Of a DNA stretch of 64,000 nt, positions 51,001 to 63,795 are shown piece after piece. The notes below the pieces were generated by a model. That model saw only the letters and a list, made by a program, of their open reading frames with translations. It made no database searches and was not told where the DNA came from. The translations under genes were made by a program, and so were the position numbers. The number at the start of each line of letters is the position of its first letter. Position 1 is the stretch's first letter. Origin of the DNA: Tubiluchus corallicola (taxonomy: Eukaryota; Animalia; Priapulida); the NCBI GenBank assembly GCA_030141605.1, contig JAQGDQ010000014.1, positions 558,001 to 622,000 of the forward strand, given 5' to 3'.

Positions 51001-54000
51001 CACTGGACCAATGAAGCTTGTGCACATCAGGGTAAATAGGGCCTGATAGGCACAGGATTCGTCAGGGACGATGCGAGACCATTCTGGCCAAGGGAATGGC
51101 GGTAGGGAAACATGCAATTCTCTGGGGAGAGTTGTTTTGCGGAACAGGTGCTTCCATGGAAAGTACACCTGCCTGCGCTGCTGCCAAATCAAATGGAAGC
51201 ATTACATGTCCGAATACTTAAAACTGACAATATGCAATGTCTTCGTAAGAGGCAATCCATTGTAATGGAAAAGGGTGCACCTGAAAAACTGGTTTCACTG
51301 AAATACATCATCGATGGAAAAGAGGGAGCAAAGAACGGAATAAACATTTGAAGAGAAAGAACAAAAGAGAAATGCCTAGAGTAATATGTTGACATCACAA
51401 AAAGAAAAAGAAGGCATGGAGACGACAGATATGACTGCAGAAGAAACTTAAACAAATGAATAAGAAAATGAGACACACGCGGAAAAAAGCAAACAAAACA
51501 GTAACAAAAATCTGAAAAGACCTTTCGTGAACAAAAGTACTGGTGAATATTGCAAATAATAGCCTACTTCATCAAAGGATGCCTAATGAGAGACATCTGC
51601 TTCTGTATTTTCTTAAGCAAAAACGCACATACAATCAGGCGTATAATCAATGACACACCGAAAAAGAACAACCCACCGATTTTATATGATCTGACTTCAG
51701 AGAAATTATACCTTAGAAGTAATTAAGGTACACATTGTTGGAAACGTCTTTCCGAATGAGACAATTAATATATTTTTAGTTAAAGTTAGACTTAGATTCT
51801 AGCCGCTTGCTGCAATATTATTTCTTAAAGCTAGCTGTGAAGTGCTTTATATATTGTAAAAGAAGGCAGTCTTCCTTAAGTGTATATGTTGAATAACTTT
51901 CTAACTATTAAAAATGCATATTGAGCGTATAAATACTAAAAAAGGGAATAGTTCCTTGGGAAAAACCTGTTAGGTGCGTAAAACGCTGGCAACAGATTTT
52001 TCCTCACAGAGGTTTTTCCGCGGATTCAATACTTATATAGTACGAAACTGTGCACAGCTAAATAGAATAACTAATATAAAGCTTGATGATTGTACTTCGA
52101 CGTGACGTCTAACATTATTATAATTGTACTTCAATGTGTATCGTCTGACATTGTAAAAAGTATGTAAATAATAACTTGCATCATGATATTTTAATTTGTA
52201 GTTCTTTGCTTTTAGCTCACAGCTAGCAATTACATAGAGTATCTACAAACACTAATTTCTCTCTAGTAATACACGTTTCGTGGGCCTCCTTTACAGATTT
52301 TAGTCTGATACATTAAAATTCTCACATATCAAAAGCAACAAAATTAAATTTAAATTACTAAACTAACAATCAAAAAGTTTAGGATCGCAACACGCATAAA
52401 GCACAATAACATTAAAAGTATGTAAGAGGAACAGATATCGTACTTATACACTATGCTTTACCTGATTATTCCCGAGAAATGCACCAACTCTGCAAGAAGA
52501 TAGGAAAGATAGGCCATTGCAAATACAGCTAAAGGTTCTACAACTGAAATAAGCATTGGCAGAATTATTAATTCGGTTTTCCATAGGTTTTTAATCGGCC
52601 AAAAATTTTTAGCAATTCTAGTTAATATCTTGTTAACTTACATTATCAACGAACGCTGGCATTTTACACAGATCTTACTATTTTGTTATTATCTTATATT
52701 TTGTATTTTATTTTAAATAAAAAAATTTCTAAAGTTTTATTCTGCATTAGTTCGACTTTTTTATTCACCCAATTAAAAAGTATTTAAAAATTGACAAAAC
52801 ATGTTAAAGATTTTTTGCATTGACAACTTTAAGAAATGCAGTTGGAATGGCAACACTGCAGTTAGTCACCTTTTTGTCGTCCATCACCAAATTTAATATG
52901 CAAAACATAATTCACCTCTTGTGTCTTGGGTGTGTTTGGTAATGATAGCCGTCACACTGCCAAGAAGTAACCCGACCAGCAAGCCTCCTAAACTGACGAC
53001 AAAAAATGCGGCCACACCCAACATGACTTGGGCGAGATCAACGACCTTCATTTCCACAAACGAGACCATCATATTGTACATTACCACAGTCACAGCATCT
53101 GAAAGAAAGTTTTTCGAAATTACTATTCCACTGTCTTATCCATTCGCGCGGGTTTCCATCCACAGGTAATTTCCTTTTAAAATGCACTTAATTTTGGAAT
53201 AAGGTATACATTTGGCAGAGTGCTTTTTGCTTAAAATAATTTATAAACCCAAAAGCCACAAACACATATTTTTATACACATGTGTTTACTTGTCATTTAT
53301 AAAGCCTAAGGTGAACAGTCTACATAAAACTGATTTGTACCCCGGGCTTGTACGTACATCGAAAATTACGATGTACATACAAAATTAATTGACTATTTAT
53401 TTGGGCAAAATTACATTATACTCTCTGAGCTAGACAATTTCTAACTAACTTGAACTGCTAATTTGAACATTTACTCAATTCTACGGCGAATCTTTTGGTC
53501 TCCTTGATATATCTCTGCACTAATTGAAATATGAGCACATTTTGGTCGTGACTTAGTTAAGAATTACCAGGTAGGAGAGTTGATGCTTTATCCTGTGAAT
53601 TAAGATTATTGAAATTAACAGTTATGGTATTAGAAGTAAATAAATCATAAAGTTTTGGATGGAGTTGTCTTCTACTTGCAATATACAAAGGAAAATCAAG
53701 CAGACAATGGTGAACTTTTAGTATGTCATCCTCACAAACAATTTTTACTAACAATAATTCCGGTAGTATCCTTACAACCGTGGCTATGTTGTGGCTATCT
53801 ATAGTTATGATGATCTATAGTTGTGAAAAACCAATTCCTAACCTGGAGTGGTGAATTACATTTGGAGTATTTCCGTATGTAAAATATTTCGGTCGATTAA
53901 AAAAACACATATTTAATACTGTGTTACTTGCCTGGCTGTGTCTGGCATAACTGTTTGTTGGAGTTGTGTTAAAATCACATTCAGAGAAGATTGAACGGTA

Positions 54001-57000
54001 ATTTCGAAAGCAGACTTTTTGTTATATCACAAATTTCTACAAATTTTGATTTGAGCTGACTATTGACGATATAGGCAACTCAAACTGCTTTAAGCGGCTG
54101 TTCAGAGCATATAGAAATGTACCGAGAAAGCGAGAAGCGTGAGAAGTGTAAAACGAGTACTACGAGCAAACTGTACTCATTTGGAGAAACGCTCAGAACT
54201 TCAAAGTATCTTCTATTAAATTAGCCACAAAGGAGGCTTACTGTGACCTTGGATGAGCAAGTGACTGCAGAGATGCGCGGCCCCTGACCAGACTCAACAA
54301 GATTGGCAATACGATTTTACTACCTGCGAAGTCTGTCAAGCTGAAGCCAGATGAGGCTGCAGTCCTCCATTTAATGCTGGTTAGTCAGACTAGAAAAGCA
54401 GAATGTAGCATAACGAGTCTCAAACGCAGTACAAGCACAGTCTTTCTCAACGTGTTCTTTGCCACTTCTGTAAGATGTTTGGGTGTGTTTCCTCCCATCT
54501 AAGACTAGCTGCTTAACGTGACATGTCAAGGTAAAGCAAATAAACATAAGACAGACCGGAAGGAGAGAAAACACCTATACTCACAGTACATCACTCAGTA
54601 TTACGATACAAGAAAAAGATACTACAAGCCACATCTTCGCATTAAAGGTAACAATCCAATTTAAAACCAATTTCAATGCCGCTTACAAGCATATCTAATC
54701 AGGAGAAATTCTGATCAGATGTAGTTCACTGGAATTTTGTAGTAAGTGTTGTGCAGGGTGGTATCATCAGATTAGTTAGCAAGCTTTAGAAAGTACAGAG
54801 TCTGAAAATTGTTAATAAAGATTAGAAACTATTACAGATCCTTCAGGAACACCAGGTTAAATGTACAGAGGGCATATACATAGTTGTTGCCCTTCATAAA
54901 TAACTTCCAATCATCAATTGCTGAGCTATGATGACAAAATAGAGAGACTGCTGTCACCTACGCCACTTTTGCTAGATGATTTCGAGTACATTCCTGTGCC
55001 ACACCTTACCAAAAACCTTGGATAAGTCAAGGGCTATTATCTTAGTCTCGCCAAGGCGAAGAAAATCTGTTGAAAGCATGTTAAAGCTCGGTGAATAACG
55101 ACAACATATCAGAAGTAAAGCGAGAAGAGTGAACGCCACTCTGCACATCAGTAAGGGTTATTGTCCAACTTGTAAAATCTATAAGCAGATTCACCGTAAA
55201 AATCTCGTATTATCCGAAGTTGAACTGTTTGAATTACGCGTCACTAAAACTATGATTTTTTAGTTATAATATTTCTTGAATATATTATCTTTGAATTAAT
55301 CCTTTGCTTTTCCTACCCTTTGTGTTCGTATAAAACGAAAGAATAAAACAACACTGCTCTCTTTGCTTTCCAAATTGTTCTTATAATTCTATGCAAAACA
55401 TATTTTGGATACCAGTGGAAACACAAAACATAGGAACTATCTCATTATCCACAAACTAAAACGTGAGGCGAATTTTGCGTAAAGTACTCAGAAAAAGTAG
55501 AAATATTTCTTTAGTTACTCCTTCATTGTCATGTATCCTACAGTATTAAATTTTCCATGGCATTAAAATGTTTCTAATATCCTGTCACGTCAAGCCTTGA
55601 ATTAAAGCCTTCTTGGGAATATAGATAATAATATTGGGTGATGTCTCACGTAATGCGCTCAGTCCATTTCACTTGATTTATGGCATCATACTGCAATGTG
55701 TCTGCACACTGATAATATTGTTGTCACTGTGTCACGTCAGCTTGAAAACATTCTGTAACATGATTGCAAGGCCAATTATCAAGTACGGTACATTATTTTC
55801 CTAATAATCCAATGCTTCATTTAACTTCCGCCATGCTCTCAGGTCAAAAGTCCTTTGGGTATTCACTGTATATGGTATGGAGCCCCCAAGGTACATCAAC
55901 CAGTATAATTATAATAGGAGCCATGTTTTTGGATAGTTGATTATTCCATTTTATAACAGCAGCTTTGCACATTTGAACTAAACAGTGTTTAATGCATATT
56001 GGTAAGACGATCAGCTTCACAAAAGGACGTAACTACCCCCCAAAGTCGATCTTCTCAATTACTGCATGACTAACAATAATTCACTTCAATATTCAGTGTA
56101 CTGAGGGTAGCATAGGACGTTACTGAAACTACTTCCATCTCTTGAAACTTGGAAGTGTGTCCAACAGATTTATTATTTTGGCAACCAAATCAATTCATTT
56201 CACGTTTTATTCCAGCTTTAAAATTGCTATATAACACACTAAAAAAGATAAATTATTATACACACACCAAACACAAAAAATATTGACTCTACTAAATACA
56301 TGTAATCCACAAAAAATTATTAAAAGCTGCCCACAAAAACTACCCAAAGTTTTTTTAAGATTTCATCCTTTTATGGCCATTCAGGTTTTCGTAGACGGGT
56401 CCTTTTTATTTTGCTAACCCCTAGCCCCCCCCCCCCAAGTTATGAGTGGTGTGGTTAGTTTCTTTGGGGAGGCTATTCTTGTAAAAGAATGTAAAAGTGC
56501 CTTATGTAAAAGAATAAGTTCTTGGTTATTTTGCAAACACAATGGGGACTTTTTGGCCGTCATGATTTGCTTGACTGCAAAGATCTCATTTATATTTCAT
56601 TATGGTGTCAGTTAAAGCTACATGAACACAGAAGCTAAGCTACATGATTTTGCAATAATTACTGCTTGCACATCTGTAAATGCGCTGCCTAATTGGTATA
56701 AAATGAAGAAAAATTGCGACATTAATTACGCAAACATGACACTTAACCAAACATCAAAACTGTGAACAAGTAGCATGGTAAATCTTAATTAATATCCGGC
56801 TAGCACGTTTATGGCATATTCAACTGAACTCAACGTTTTAATTACGTCATGGGAACGGGGTCGAGGTTAACTGTCTTGGTAACATAACTTGCTACATTTT
56901 TCTCAGTACCTCCCTATAGTTAACATACAGCAGTCCTTGTCTTGTAATCTCTGTAATATAATGAGTATTTTTCCTTTGCGTTGTCGTTGTCGTGGTCGTG

Positions 57001-57092
57001 ATCGCTGTGTTATTGTTGTTGTTGTCGCTGTTGTTGTCGTTGTTGTTATTGTTGTGTGTGTGTGTGTGTGCGTGCGTGCGTGTTTGTGTGTG

Positions 57093-57124
<32 letters not shown>

Positions 57125-57515
57125 TGTGTGTGTGTGAATATCTACAAAAGGTTATTAATTAAAATTTAAAGTCTATAATGGCATAAAATAAATTCGGCAA
57201 GACAAAAATTAATTGATCATAAGCAAGATTCAAAAGGCTGCATAGTCCAGACTTCCAAGTTAGAGAGGTTTGAATGTCTCCCAGAGAGGATTATTATAGA
57301 TAGCCAGTTAAATTCCAGGCCTACCACAACCATTTAACTCGAGCGGAACCAACCGGTGAGTGGTGGATCTCGGCTACAAGAACACTATAAAAAGTTGTTC
57401 GTTTTTGGAATTATTAATGATTGAAACTATACGACTTACCATTGAGCAAAGATTCTCCAAAAATGAGGAAATACAGCATATTGTTCACTCCTAGTTCTTG
57501 AAAAATAACCAGAAC
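36037..57515 (-). CDS. SLC9A: Na+/H+ exchanger (CPA1, SLC9A plasma-membrane NHE1-5-like), 13 exons, 5'-partial
   Basis: Hand-spliced exons 57515-57440, 53098-52916, 52543-52462, 49236-49141, 47767-47646, 47140-47064, 46301-46173, 44847-44758, 44350-44285, 42610-42504, 40205-40128, 39227-38903, 36759-36037 total 2154 nt with GT-AG ends and matching phases. They contain the NHE motifs FGESLLNDAVTVV, EPLAVF..AYLSY..AE..HFSGII, YGGLRGA and DHIMAGVEEI. Confidence 0.95.
36845..37036. repeat. Degenerate pentamer satellite (AAGGT/AAGAC/AAGAT)
   Basis: Seen directly; abuts a minus-strand AATAAA, like a retroposon tail. Confidence 0.9.
37170..38000 (+). mobile_element. Decayed LINE reverse transcriptase fragment in the last NHE intron
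   Basis: KNGVKQGGVISPV.F..YTDGLFDRL..LLVPSLKRLQLMVEIYEKYA..LNGEKS..HLGH..LFKQYCCSFYG with frameshifts; YADD not present. Confidence 0.85.
38230..38600 (+). mobile_element. Second decayed LINE ORF2 C-terminus
   Basis: DFLDTPNQDKLIFLIGTNDVDILNIVCNYV resembles the CR1/L2-group ORF2 end. Confidence 0.45.
38903..39227 (-). CDS. SLC9A: NHE cytoplasmic-tail exon (SIALPEAV...LRKLLTRNPSQK)
   Basis: cttatag / AAG|gtacgt; GC-rich ORF 38849-39220; phase 2-0. Confidence 0.88.
39485..39890. repeat. Degenerate pentamer repeats (GTACT/GTACG/GCACT), two blocks
   Basis: Blocks at about 39485-39620 and 39795-39890; they explain the Cys/Tyr/Val ORFs there. Confidence 0.9.
40128..40205 (-). CDS. SLC9A: NHE exon QHFAHLNGSKVAEEYEKTQTSLESS
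   Basis: attccag / AG|gtatta; open, phase 2-2, continues KIALK-QH. Confidence 0.85.
42504..42610 (-). CDS. SLC9A: NHE exon EILAYYDHKYLKPWLQREP...IYDKIALK
   Basis: cttttgtag / AA|gtaagt; D.KYLKP.L motif. Confidence 0.93.
42705..43053. mobile_element. TIR-bounded MITE, copy 2
   Basis: Same termini and internal sequence (AGCTAGCTAGAA.CTTACC.AGTTCATTTTT, GCACAACGAAACTGTG) as 7373-7761. Confidence 0.85.
43075..43270 (+). mobile_element. tRNA-module repeat, diverged copy
   Basis: CGATCTAACATTGGAAATGCTAAATTTGGTTGGCCA..GGTTTAAATC..CCTGTCATTCAAATTTT. Confidence 0.65.
44285..44350 (-). CDS. SLC9A: NHE exon LADHIMAGVEEISGQRGSFFIH
   Basis: tttttag / CAT|gtaaga; DH..AG.E.I.G juxtamembrane (CHP-binding-like) helix. 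Confidence 0.93.
44417..44700 (+). repeat. 154-bp tandem duplication containing a degenerate tRNA-Gly-like/SINE head
   Basis: TACAGGAAAATGAAAGAAAGAGCTG at 44417 and 44571; TGGTGTAATGCTTAGCATAGCTGCC..GGGTTCGTATCCCAG. Confidence 0.7.
44758..44847 (-). CDS. SLC9A: NHE exon GMSIRPITKLLRIRVKSAKILSMIEELNST
   Basis: gttgcag / ACA|gtaaga; end of the last TM segment (G.TIKP-like). Confidence 0.92.
46173..46301 (-). CDS. SLC9A: NHE exon GYGGLRGAVCFSL...TTTLAVILFTIFVQ
   Basis: catttag / CAG|gtaatg; YGGLRGA motif. Confidence 0.96.
47064..47140 (-). CDS. SLC9A: NHE exon SVFILTSFANYIDRNRKISKCEMFIM
   Basis: ttccacag / ATG|gtaagt; phase 1-0 bridges the neighbouring exons. Confidence 0.92.
47646..47767 (-). 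CDS. SLC9A: NHE exon ATCEAVIFMFLG...HVWNTGFVVWTLILCLVTRFF
   Basis: gatttcag / A|gtatgt; IF.FLG and H.WN motifs. Confidence 0.95.
48067..48185. repeat. AT-rich hairpin/MITE nested in the left pLTR arm
   Basis: AATTAGTTAAAGAAAGTAAAAAGAATAAATTAACATACCTGAATAG versus CTATTCAGATATGTTAATTTGTTCTTTTTACTTTCTTTAACTAATT; absent from the right arm. Confidence 0.75.
48671..48710 (+). ncRNA. Minimal type I hammerhead motif with U3:A8 core
   Basis: TGCC-TTGATAA-T-GAACA(GTTT)TGTTC-GAA-ACCGGT-C-GGCA: stems I and II perfectly paired, palindromic stem III, GUC triplet. Confidence 0.72.
48904..48943 (+). ncRNA. Minimal type I hammerhead motif
   Basis: TTTCAG-CTGATGA-T-GCC(AGCTAC)GGT-GAA-AGCT-T-CTGAAA: perfect 6-bp stem I and canonical core. 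Confidence 0.78.
49141..49236 (-). CDS. SLC9A: NHE exon IITCGLVQVQYVEANISFKSHTTIKYFGKML
   Basis: ctttgtag / AG|gtcagc; NIS.KS.TT.KY motif. Confidence 0.93.
52462..52543 (-). CDS. SLC9A: NHE exon VVEPLAVFAMAYLSYLLAELVHFSGIIS
   Basis: atttcag / AG|gtaaag; canonical NHE TM sequence. Confidence 0.95.
52916..53098 (-). CDS. SLC9A: NHE exon DAVTVVMYN...TKHTQDTR
   Basis: tttcag / G|gtgaat; 183 nt, phase 1-1; overlaps ORF 52893-53093. Confidence 0.95.
55540..56200 (-). mobile_element. Highly decayed LINE RT fragment
   Basis: Scattered RT-like remnants in the expected order (DVPWG for GVPQG; LQYDAINQVKW for LQ.D....W); many stops. Confidence 0.35.
57440..57515 (-). CDS. SLC9A: NHE exon VLVIFQELGVNNMLYFLIFGESLLN
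   Basis: tttttgtag acceptor, G|gtaagt donor; GESLLN(D) cation-binding motif. Confidence 0.95.
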
Positions 57516-60500
57516 CTACAAAAATCGCAAGAAAGTTGGTATATAAACTATAGACTAGCAACTGTATAGATGTGCTTAAACTGACACAGTACCAAGTAGT
57601 AAAGAATCTCTTTTCCAAAGAATCTCCTCTCTGGGGTAAGCAGGGCAGATTATAGTAGTTGTTTTAAATTTTTTATTCATTTACACTACAAAAAAGAATT
57701 CTTGCTGTTTTCAATTTGATCTTATTCACAAAACATAAATGGACAAGACACTGATTCATGGACATGCATCAGTATACAGAAAAAATGTGCCGAAGTTTCA
57801 TCTGCAATAATATCAAAAGCAAGCATCATACTTGAAACTTGAAATTTCGTACTGCGCGTTAAAACAAAACCGGACGATTGTGTAAACTTTAGTTCCGAAT
57901 AAAGAAAGCTCTAAAATATTGAAAACTACAATAGCTTTTTTTGAATCAAAGCTTAGATTAAATAATAATTACCTCGGATACTCAAATTTCGTTATACTTT
58001 CAAAGCTACGTACTTCCGAAAAAACGCCTGACAATGGTTAAACAACCGCCACTCGACAAGTGGATATTTTATAGGTCAAACAAAGGTGAATAAAATTAGT
58101 GAGTGACGCAACTATTTTGGTTTTACCAACTTCCTTTGTATGACACGATCTGCGCCTCGGGTTTGTATACTCATGCTCTGCAACGTTATTGACACATCTA
58201 TTGCAAATACATCTCCAAGTGCAAATCAAGGACAAATACTGATGCAGAAAATTGATTAATTATTTCTAGCATCTTTTTCTTCAGCTTATTGACATGCGTG
58301 TTATCGCTGTCTAATAAATTTGCGTATTCATCATAATTAATCAGGCTTGCAGACGCTTTTTGTTTCCAAACATTTGTGTGGGTTGTCTTGTTTAAAAATC
58401 TCCCTTGGGATGATCATGCAGCCATTACAAACACGAACAGAATTCCATCAATAAGTACAATGTTATAACGCTGAAAGCAGTTAAAGGCCTATATAACCCC
58501 AACAGACATTGATGTTTTTTAACTCATTATTATGGTTACACAAAGAATTCATAGTTATTATTAAACAAAAGAGGCTTATAAATTAAATAACTTATCTTTT
58601 TTGGCGATTTTTTTCGAACGCTTGCATTGCCGTAAAGATCGCCATGTTTCGTGTCTTTGGTGCGAGTGATTTAGAACTACGTTCGTAGTACAGAAAGCGT
58701 CTTGGGTTCCCGATGTTTGTTTACCGGTCTTTGGTGACCTCGTGACTGTACTCTTAACGTCATTCGTCCCCCTCGATGAAAAGTGGCGGTTCTTCGAATT
58801 TAATAATGCTAACAACAAAGTGATAAAAATCTATAGAAACAAGTTTTACAGTAAGTTTATAACAAAATAAATTGAATATTTGTAGGATTTTAAGTTGTAA
58901 AAGCTTATATTATAGTGAGGTATTTGTTTGACTTTAAGCCACTAGGTAAACTTGATGAGTGACCTTGACGATTACTTACTTACTCAACGCTTGATCTATA
59001 AGGATGCTAAGATGTCTCTGCCAAACTTGGCCATATTAGCACTTTTATCATTCAAGTTTGCGTAGGTGAAACTTACTTAACCATGTTGTGCCTGACTTTG
59101 ACCATCGTTGGTACACATGATGTTGTACATATTCTTGACATTGGGAGCAACTGGCGTTCATTTTTACTTTAACTGACGACCAATTTAATTTTGTCAGTTT
59201 AGCTCTTTGTGGAACTAACCACCGTCTAACTCCAAAGTTCACAGCGATCGTAGCGCTCGATACCTTACTTGCAGCGAATAACAGTAGACCCCAAGCAGTA
59301 AACAGGTTTCATTTTAAAAAGACTGACACATTATTATTAATTTTCAAAATACATTGCTGCCAATATAATAAGTGTACTGGACAAAGGCGGACGCTCTAAT
59401 GCTATTAGTTTTGAATGGAAGCTGGGTATATTGTTACTGAGGCGAAATGCCATTTACTTTAAACCCGCTCTACATTGTGATGGCCTTGTTCGTACGAAGC
59501 CATTTCACAGTAGCGTTGGAATGGTTTCGTCAGTTCACTGGTTGCTGGTGCTAGTTAAAGCGCCAAACATGACATGCTCTTCCCGCCCTCCCAGGACTTG
59601 TCTTCCGACTGTTTCAGGCACCAGTGTGAGGGTGTGATAACCCCTCAAGGGTAGATTCTTTTTTATGTTTTATGTTTAGCTAGCTACTTATTCAGTACAA
59701 TTGCAAATATTCTTTCACACTAATAGAACATTAGCAGGTCTCAAACATCTGATGGTTTCAACGTTTACCTTTTAGCCTAACAATTTACTAGGTTAGTCAA
59801 GATTTTGGGCAGGTCTTACGCCGCTCTTTTAAAGCTGGTTATTGTCTCCTAGTCGTTTGGTTTAGTAAATTAATTTCAGGTTGTAGTTTCCGAACCAAGG
59901 CCTCTCGCCCACCGATAGCTTTGGTTCAAACCGTCCAGGGGTTATTACAACTACCCGAGAACCCGACGGCAGATCAATATTACAGATAACTTACAATAAA
60001 TAATTTCATCATTGGACCCAGTAGAAAGAATAAGGGAGAGTTGAGGGGGGCAAACAACACTTTGAGTTTTCTGTTTGTTCCACGCGGAGTTTTTCCTCTC
60101 GAATTTTTCTAGAGTCGCCTAAAATCGTGTTACTAGCAGTAAAACTAACAAAAACAACCACAAAGTCCTTTGTACTATTTTGCACTATTTTGTTACTCTA
60201 CCTAAACTTTAGGACAAGCAACACAATATTTCGTATAATTTTATGATCTTCTGGGAGTATTATGCTTTCTCCTTTTAGAACTATCGCGTGCCTTTCGGTA
60301 CATTGTATCAATAAGAAAATTTCAAACAAACGGAGGCTTCATATTACAACACGCACAACCAAATGGCTTCCTTTTGAAACGCGTCTACGCTAGGTACTTG
60401 CTTGTTACTTTTCAATCTTACCAAAGCCGAAACAATTAACTAGAAATCAAACGTTGAAACGCTATTAATTTCACGTTGAGCGTTAAATTTTCTTTGTGTG

Positions 60501-60714
60501 AAACGCTTGCAGTAATTGCACAGTATAACTCAATAACGGATAGCTCGGCGGGCATTATCTGGTTCGAAAAAAAGAAGAATTAATGAATCTTTGAAAAACC
60601 AAAAACAGTGCCCACGACAGTGGTTGAACAATTATTGATAACAACATCGCTGTTAAAGATAGCGAGAAGAATCACAGCGAAGTACACACGATGTCCTAAT
60701 AGCGGCAATGGCAA

Positions 60715-60743
60715 TGATGGTGATGATGATGATGATGATGATG

Positions 60744-60781
<38 letters not shown>

Positions 60782-61151
60782 TAGAAGATGATGATGATGA
60801 CGATTATGACGATTATGACGATTATGATGACATCGTGATGACGGTTGAATTGAAATAGTTGTGGCAGTGGCGGCTGTTGTTGCTGTTGGTGTGGTTTTTG
60901 ATGTTGCTACAATTGTTGTTTTGTTATCATTGTCGTTGTTGCTGTTATTATTGTTGTTGGTGTTGGTTGTGATGATGATGATGACGACGACGACGACGAT
61001 TATGATGACATCGTGATGACGGTTGAATTGAAATAGTTGTGGCAGTGGCGGCTGTTGTTGCTGTTACTGTTGTTTTTGATGTTGCTACAACAGCTGTTTT
61101 TATTATCATTGTCGTTGTTACTGTTGTTATTGTTGTTGGTGTTTTTGGTGG

Positions 61152-61196
<45 letters not shown>

Positions 61197-61221
61197 CGAT
61201 GATGATGATGATGATGATGAC

Positions 61222-61269
<48 letters not shown>

Positions 61270-61290
61270 GAGGAGGAGGAGGAGGAGGAG
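60715..61290. repeat. (GAT)n/(GTT)n/(GAG)n region with a 178-bp tandem duplication
   Basis: ATTATGATGACATCGTGATGACGGTTGAATTGAAATAGTTGTGGCAG occurs at 60821 and 60999. Confidence 0.92.
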
Positions 61291-63659
61291 GATGGATGTA
61301 TATTGTGCAAGAAAAGGATAGTGTTTAACTGACAATCAGGCAGCGTTTGTAATGAGAAAATCATAGATGGCAGTTCTTTTTGAGCTCTGAAAACTTACAC
61401 AAAGATACTGTTGCCATTTCCTCACAGAAGGCTTCACAAAAAGGTAAAAGCACTAACGCGCAAAAAGTTAGTTTTCCTAAAATTTGAGCAGCAGCAGGAT
61501 GCAAAGTTGAAAAGCTAGGCACGTGTAATAGTGCAATAGCAGTAATAACTTATTGAAGGTCGACCTTTTGCTTCATCTTATCAAATCCCCGAGAAGCTGA
61601 TAGGGGATGCGAACAGAATGTAGTAATAGCTAAGCCTATCATCAGAAAGATTTAGTGCAAATCTACCCAGTAAATTGCAATTAAAGTTCAAGGTCTAAGT
61701 GGAAACGAATGACTTAGCCTGCCTCTCAGAATATATTGGATCGCGGAACTAGGCTGTAAGAGTGTTTAATTAAATACGAACAGCACCATTGTCCAGAGCT
61801 TCTTGGTCGCTAGGTTACATGTGACTGGTGATGAAGTTTTTCCATCAAGCGTTCATAGATTTATGTGCTGAAACTGATGCAATCTCGCCAGTTAATTACC
61901 TTCTCGTTTGGAGAGATGGTGGGAACTCGGATTGGAATTTCCTCCAAAGTAATTTCATTAAGCACTGATGGGAAACTATAATCATTAGCAGGTGCGACAA
62001 TTTTTCACAGGTATAAATCACGACAGAATTCTTAGCTGAAACCAGCACAAAAGCGAAAATCGTGCGCAATTTTGGGTTTGAAACTTGGAGTGAGAAGTCC
62101 AAAGGCCTTTCTGGCGTCCACAGTTTTCCTGACAGGTGACAGGTCTCAGATGACAGGTTTTTCTGGCTCTGGCTCTGGTGATGACAACCATTACATAAAC
62201 ATAGTATAAGCTAACCCACTTACTGACGGTATAAGTCATATATACGACCAGTATAAGATCACATAAGTCAACCATTACGGGAATGTTCTATTGTCATTTT
62301 GCATTAACAGGGGATTAATAATGGTTGTAGCAAATGTTTATGGTCCCAGTCTGTTAAAAGTTTCCCGAAAACAGAAAGTTCTGATAAAAAATAACGCAAA
62401 AACAGACAAATCCAGTCTCTAAATACTTGCAAAAAGAAATTGAAATATTACTTATTTTCGAATCACTAATGACAAACAATATTTTACGAAGTATTCTACT
62501 ACGAGTCTACAAAATTAGAGCATTCCGACGAGACTGAATCGCAAAATAGCTTGACAGCACAAAACTACCGCACGGTTTAGTTCACCATTGTATGCCGCCA
62601 TGGAGGATAGTTTTACCTACTAACCCATCCTACCTGTTCTTCCCTTCAACTTCCCTCTAACCTTTCTAGCGTTTTCTAGCCTTTTGCGTGTCTAACCCTT
62701 TTCCATGTCTCTGTCTCCAATTCTGGTAGCAAAACAGACAAAGTATTACTTACTTTGTGTGCTATTGGGTAGAATTTGAAAGTTTTGGGCTAAATTTTGT
62801 AATGATATTTATTGTTGTGGAAAATAAATATTTCAGTATTTCAGCATTAACCAGTAAAACTGGTTACTTGGTTTCGTCTGGACTGTGGCTTTTGCAGCAT
62901 TCAGCGACTTACCAGCCATTTGGCTTTTGTAAAATTGTAATTTAATGTCAAATTAATGGAGAGACATAACAATTGTGGTAACCGAAGGCATGCAGAAAAT
63001 GGTAGCCAAAAACTGTGACATTTTTCAATCAATGCTACATTGATTTAACAGAATATATTTTCCTAAAACTGATTTAAAATTGAAAAGAACTAGTATTAAT
63101 TTCAATATGTAGCTGTCCACACTACTTTCTAATGCATTAAAAGCTGGGAAACACTATAAATGATTATCATCTGCTTCTCAAAGCCTCCAGAGCTTCTCGT
63201 CAGTTATTGTTATTGTCTTACAATCCAGTGAAATGTCCATCCGGGTAATGTATTAAGCTTACTAATTCTTAGCAACGAATAATCCGTGCCTGAGGAAATA
63301 ACTAGTAATTCCGCAATTTGACAAGTTTGAACTTACCAAAATTCTTTGCTGACATTGTCAGGTTTTACTTATGCAATTCTGTCTTATCCACTCTCCAGAT
63401 TTCTGTTATTAATGGCAAATTAATTTGTTACAAGCCAAGCTCTACTGGATTCCGGCTAAAAGGCTACAAAATGCTAGTGACGAAGAGCAAGATAGGGCTA
63501 AGAATTTTACTTAGGGCTGCAATAAAGCAATATTGGGCCAGCACCAACTGTTGTACACTTCAGTAACGACCTACTTTTTTACTATAATTTCTTTCCAGTA
63601 GGTGATACATTTTGTATGTTTTGTACGAAGTTTTAGTGTTACATTTTCTTAATTGTGTA

Positions 63660-63717
63660 TGATGTTTTACTGTACAGCGCCATTGAAAGCACTTTGCTTG
63701 AAAGTGCATTTCATAAA

Positions 63718-63795
<78 letters not shown>
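63660..63795 (+). repeat. Retroposon-like 3' end followed by (ATT)n tail
   Basis: TGTACAGCGCC..AAGCACTTT..AAAGTGCATT hairpin directly before the (ATT)n tract. Confidence 0.6.

Noticed and set aside
51620-51690. Hydrophobic stretch GGLFFFGVSLIIRLI followed by GTATGT
   Set aside because: The real exon for this TM segment is 47646-47767, and this one would be out of order.
60948-61364. Long overlapping ORFs (poly-Ser, Ile, Met, Asp)
   Set aside because: Translations of trinucleotide microsatellites; the same applies to ORFs at 730, 15562, 28048, 34041, 39410 and 63653.
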